From: a virus
Strand: one strand, 5' to 3'
Virus record (IMG/VR): IMGVR_UViG_3300028840_002190
DNA length: 64,000 nt
Shown: in pieces, positions 63,875 to 64,000 of the stretch
Layout: each line of letters begins with the position of its first letter
How positions within the stretch are numbered: the stretch's first letter is position 1
Made by a program: the position numbers and the translations under genes
Notes under the pieces: model-generated
The model's input: only the letters and a program-made list of their open reading frames with translations
Databases searched by the model: none
Told to the model about the DNA's origin: nothing

Positions 63875-64000
63875 TTAGAGGTTCTCGATAGCCCACTCGA
63901 GGACCCGACCGGCGAAGGACTTGCTCACGCCTGCTTCGACAAGAGCATCTTCGTCGGCGTCGGCGAGCTCCTGGATAGTCGTGAAGGAGTCCAGCACCGA
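63875..64000 (-). CDS. partial ORF with HhH-like C-terminus
   Basis: ...FTTIQELADADEDALVEAGVSKSFAGRVLEWAIENL*. Confidence 0.55.
   Translation of the reverse strand, partial: SVLDSFTTIQELADADEDALVEAGVSKSFAGRVLEWAIENL

Overview
This 64 kb window is part of a large tailed phage genome with a contractile tail, read in standard code 11. Nearly all genes are on the minus strand. Layout: (1) 0-14.6 kb, small hypothetical genes plus a PurA-like/vWA cassette and two DenV-like paralogs. (2) 14.6-15.7 kb, an AT-rich non-coding region (origin candidate) next to a 624-aa protein with a Myb-like C-terminus. (3) 16-26 kb, an array of about 14 very divergent paralogs sharing an N-terminal helix-[LV][DE]xx[FY]P[G] motif. 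(4) 30-46 kb, a translation/RNA island: 7 canonical tRNAs, 1 aberrant tRNA, tmRNA, rrn-type boxA motifs, several structured ncRNA candidates, a metallophosphoesterase, a cyclic-phosphate receiver domain, a pyruvoyl arginine decarboxylase and a PLD-family nuclease. (5) 46-64 kb, virion genes (baseplate spike, tube, sheath, neck) interspersed with glycine-zipper proteins that share a GY..KL[GA] or KxA leader. The most striking element is a ~330-nt ncRNA at 42391-42720. It contains a near-complete copy of the 23S rRNA GTPase-associated centre (L11-binding H43/H44), split by a 259-nt structured insertion. All homology calls come from motif recognition by eye; no searches or folding programs were run.
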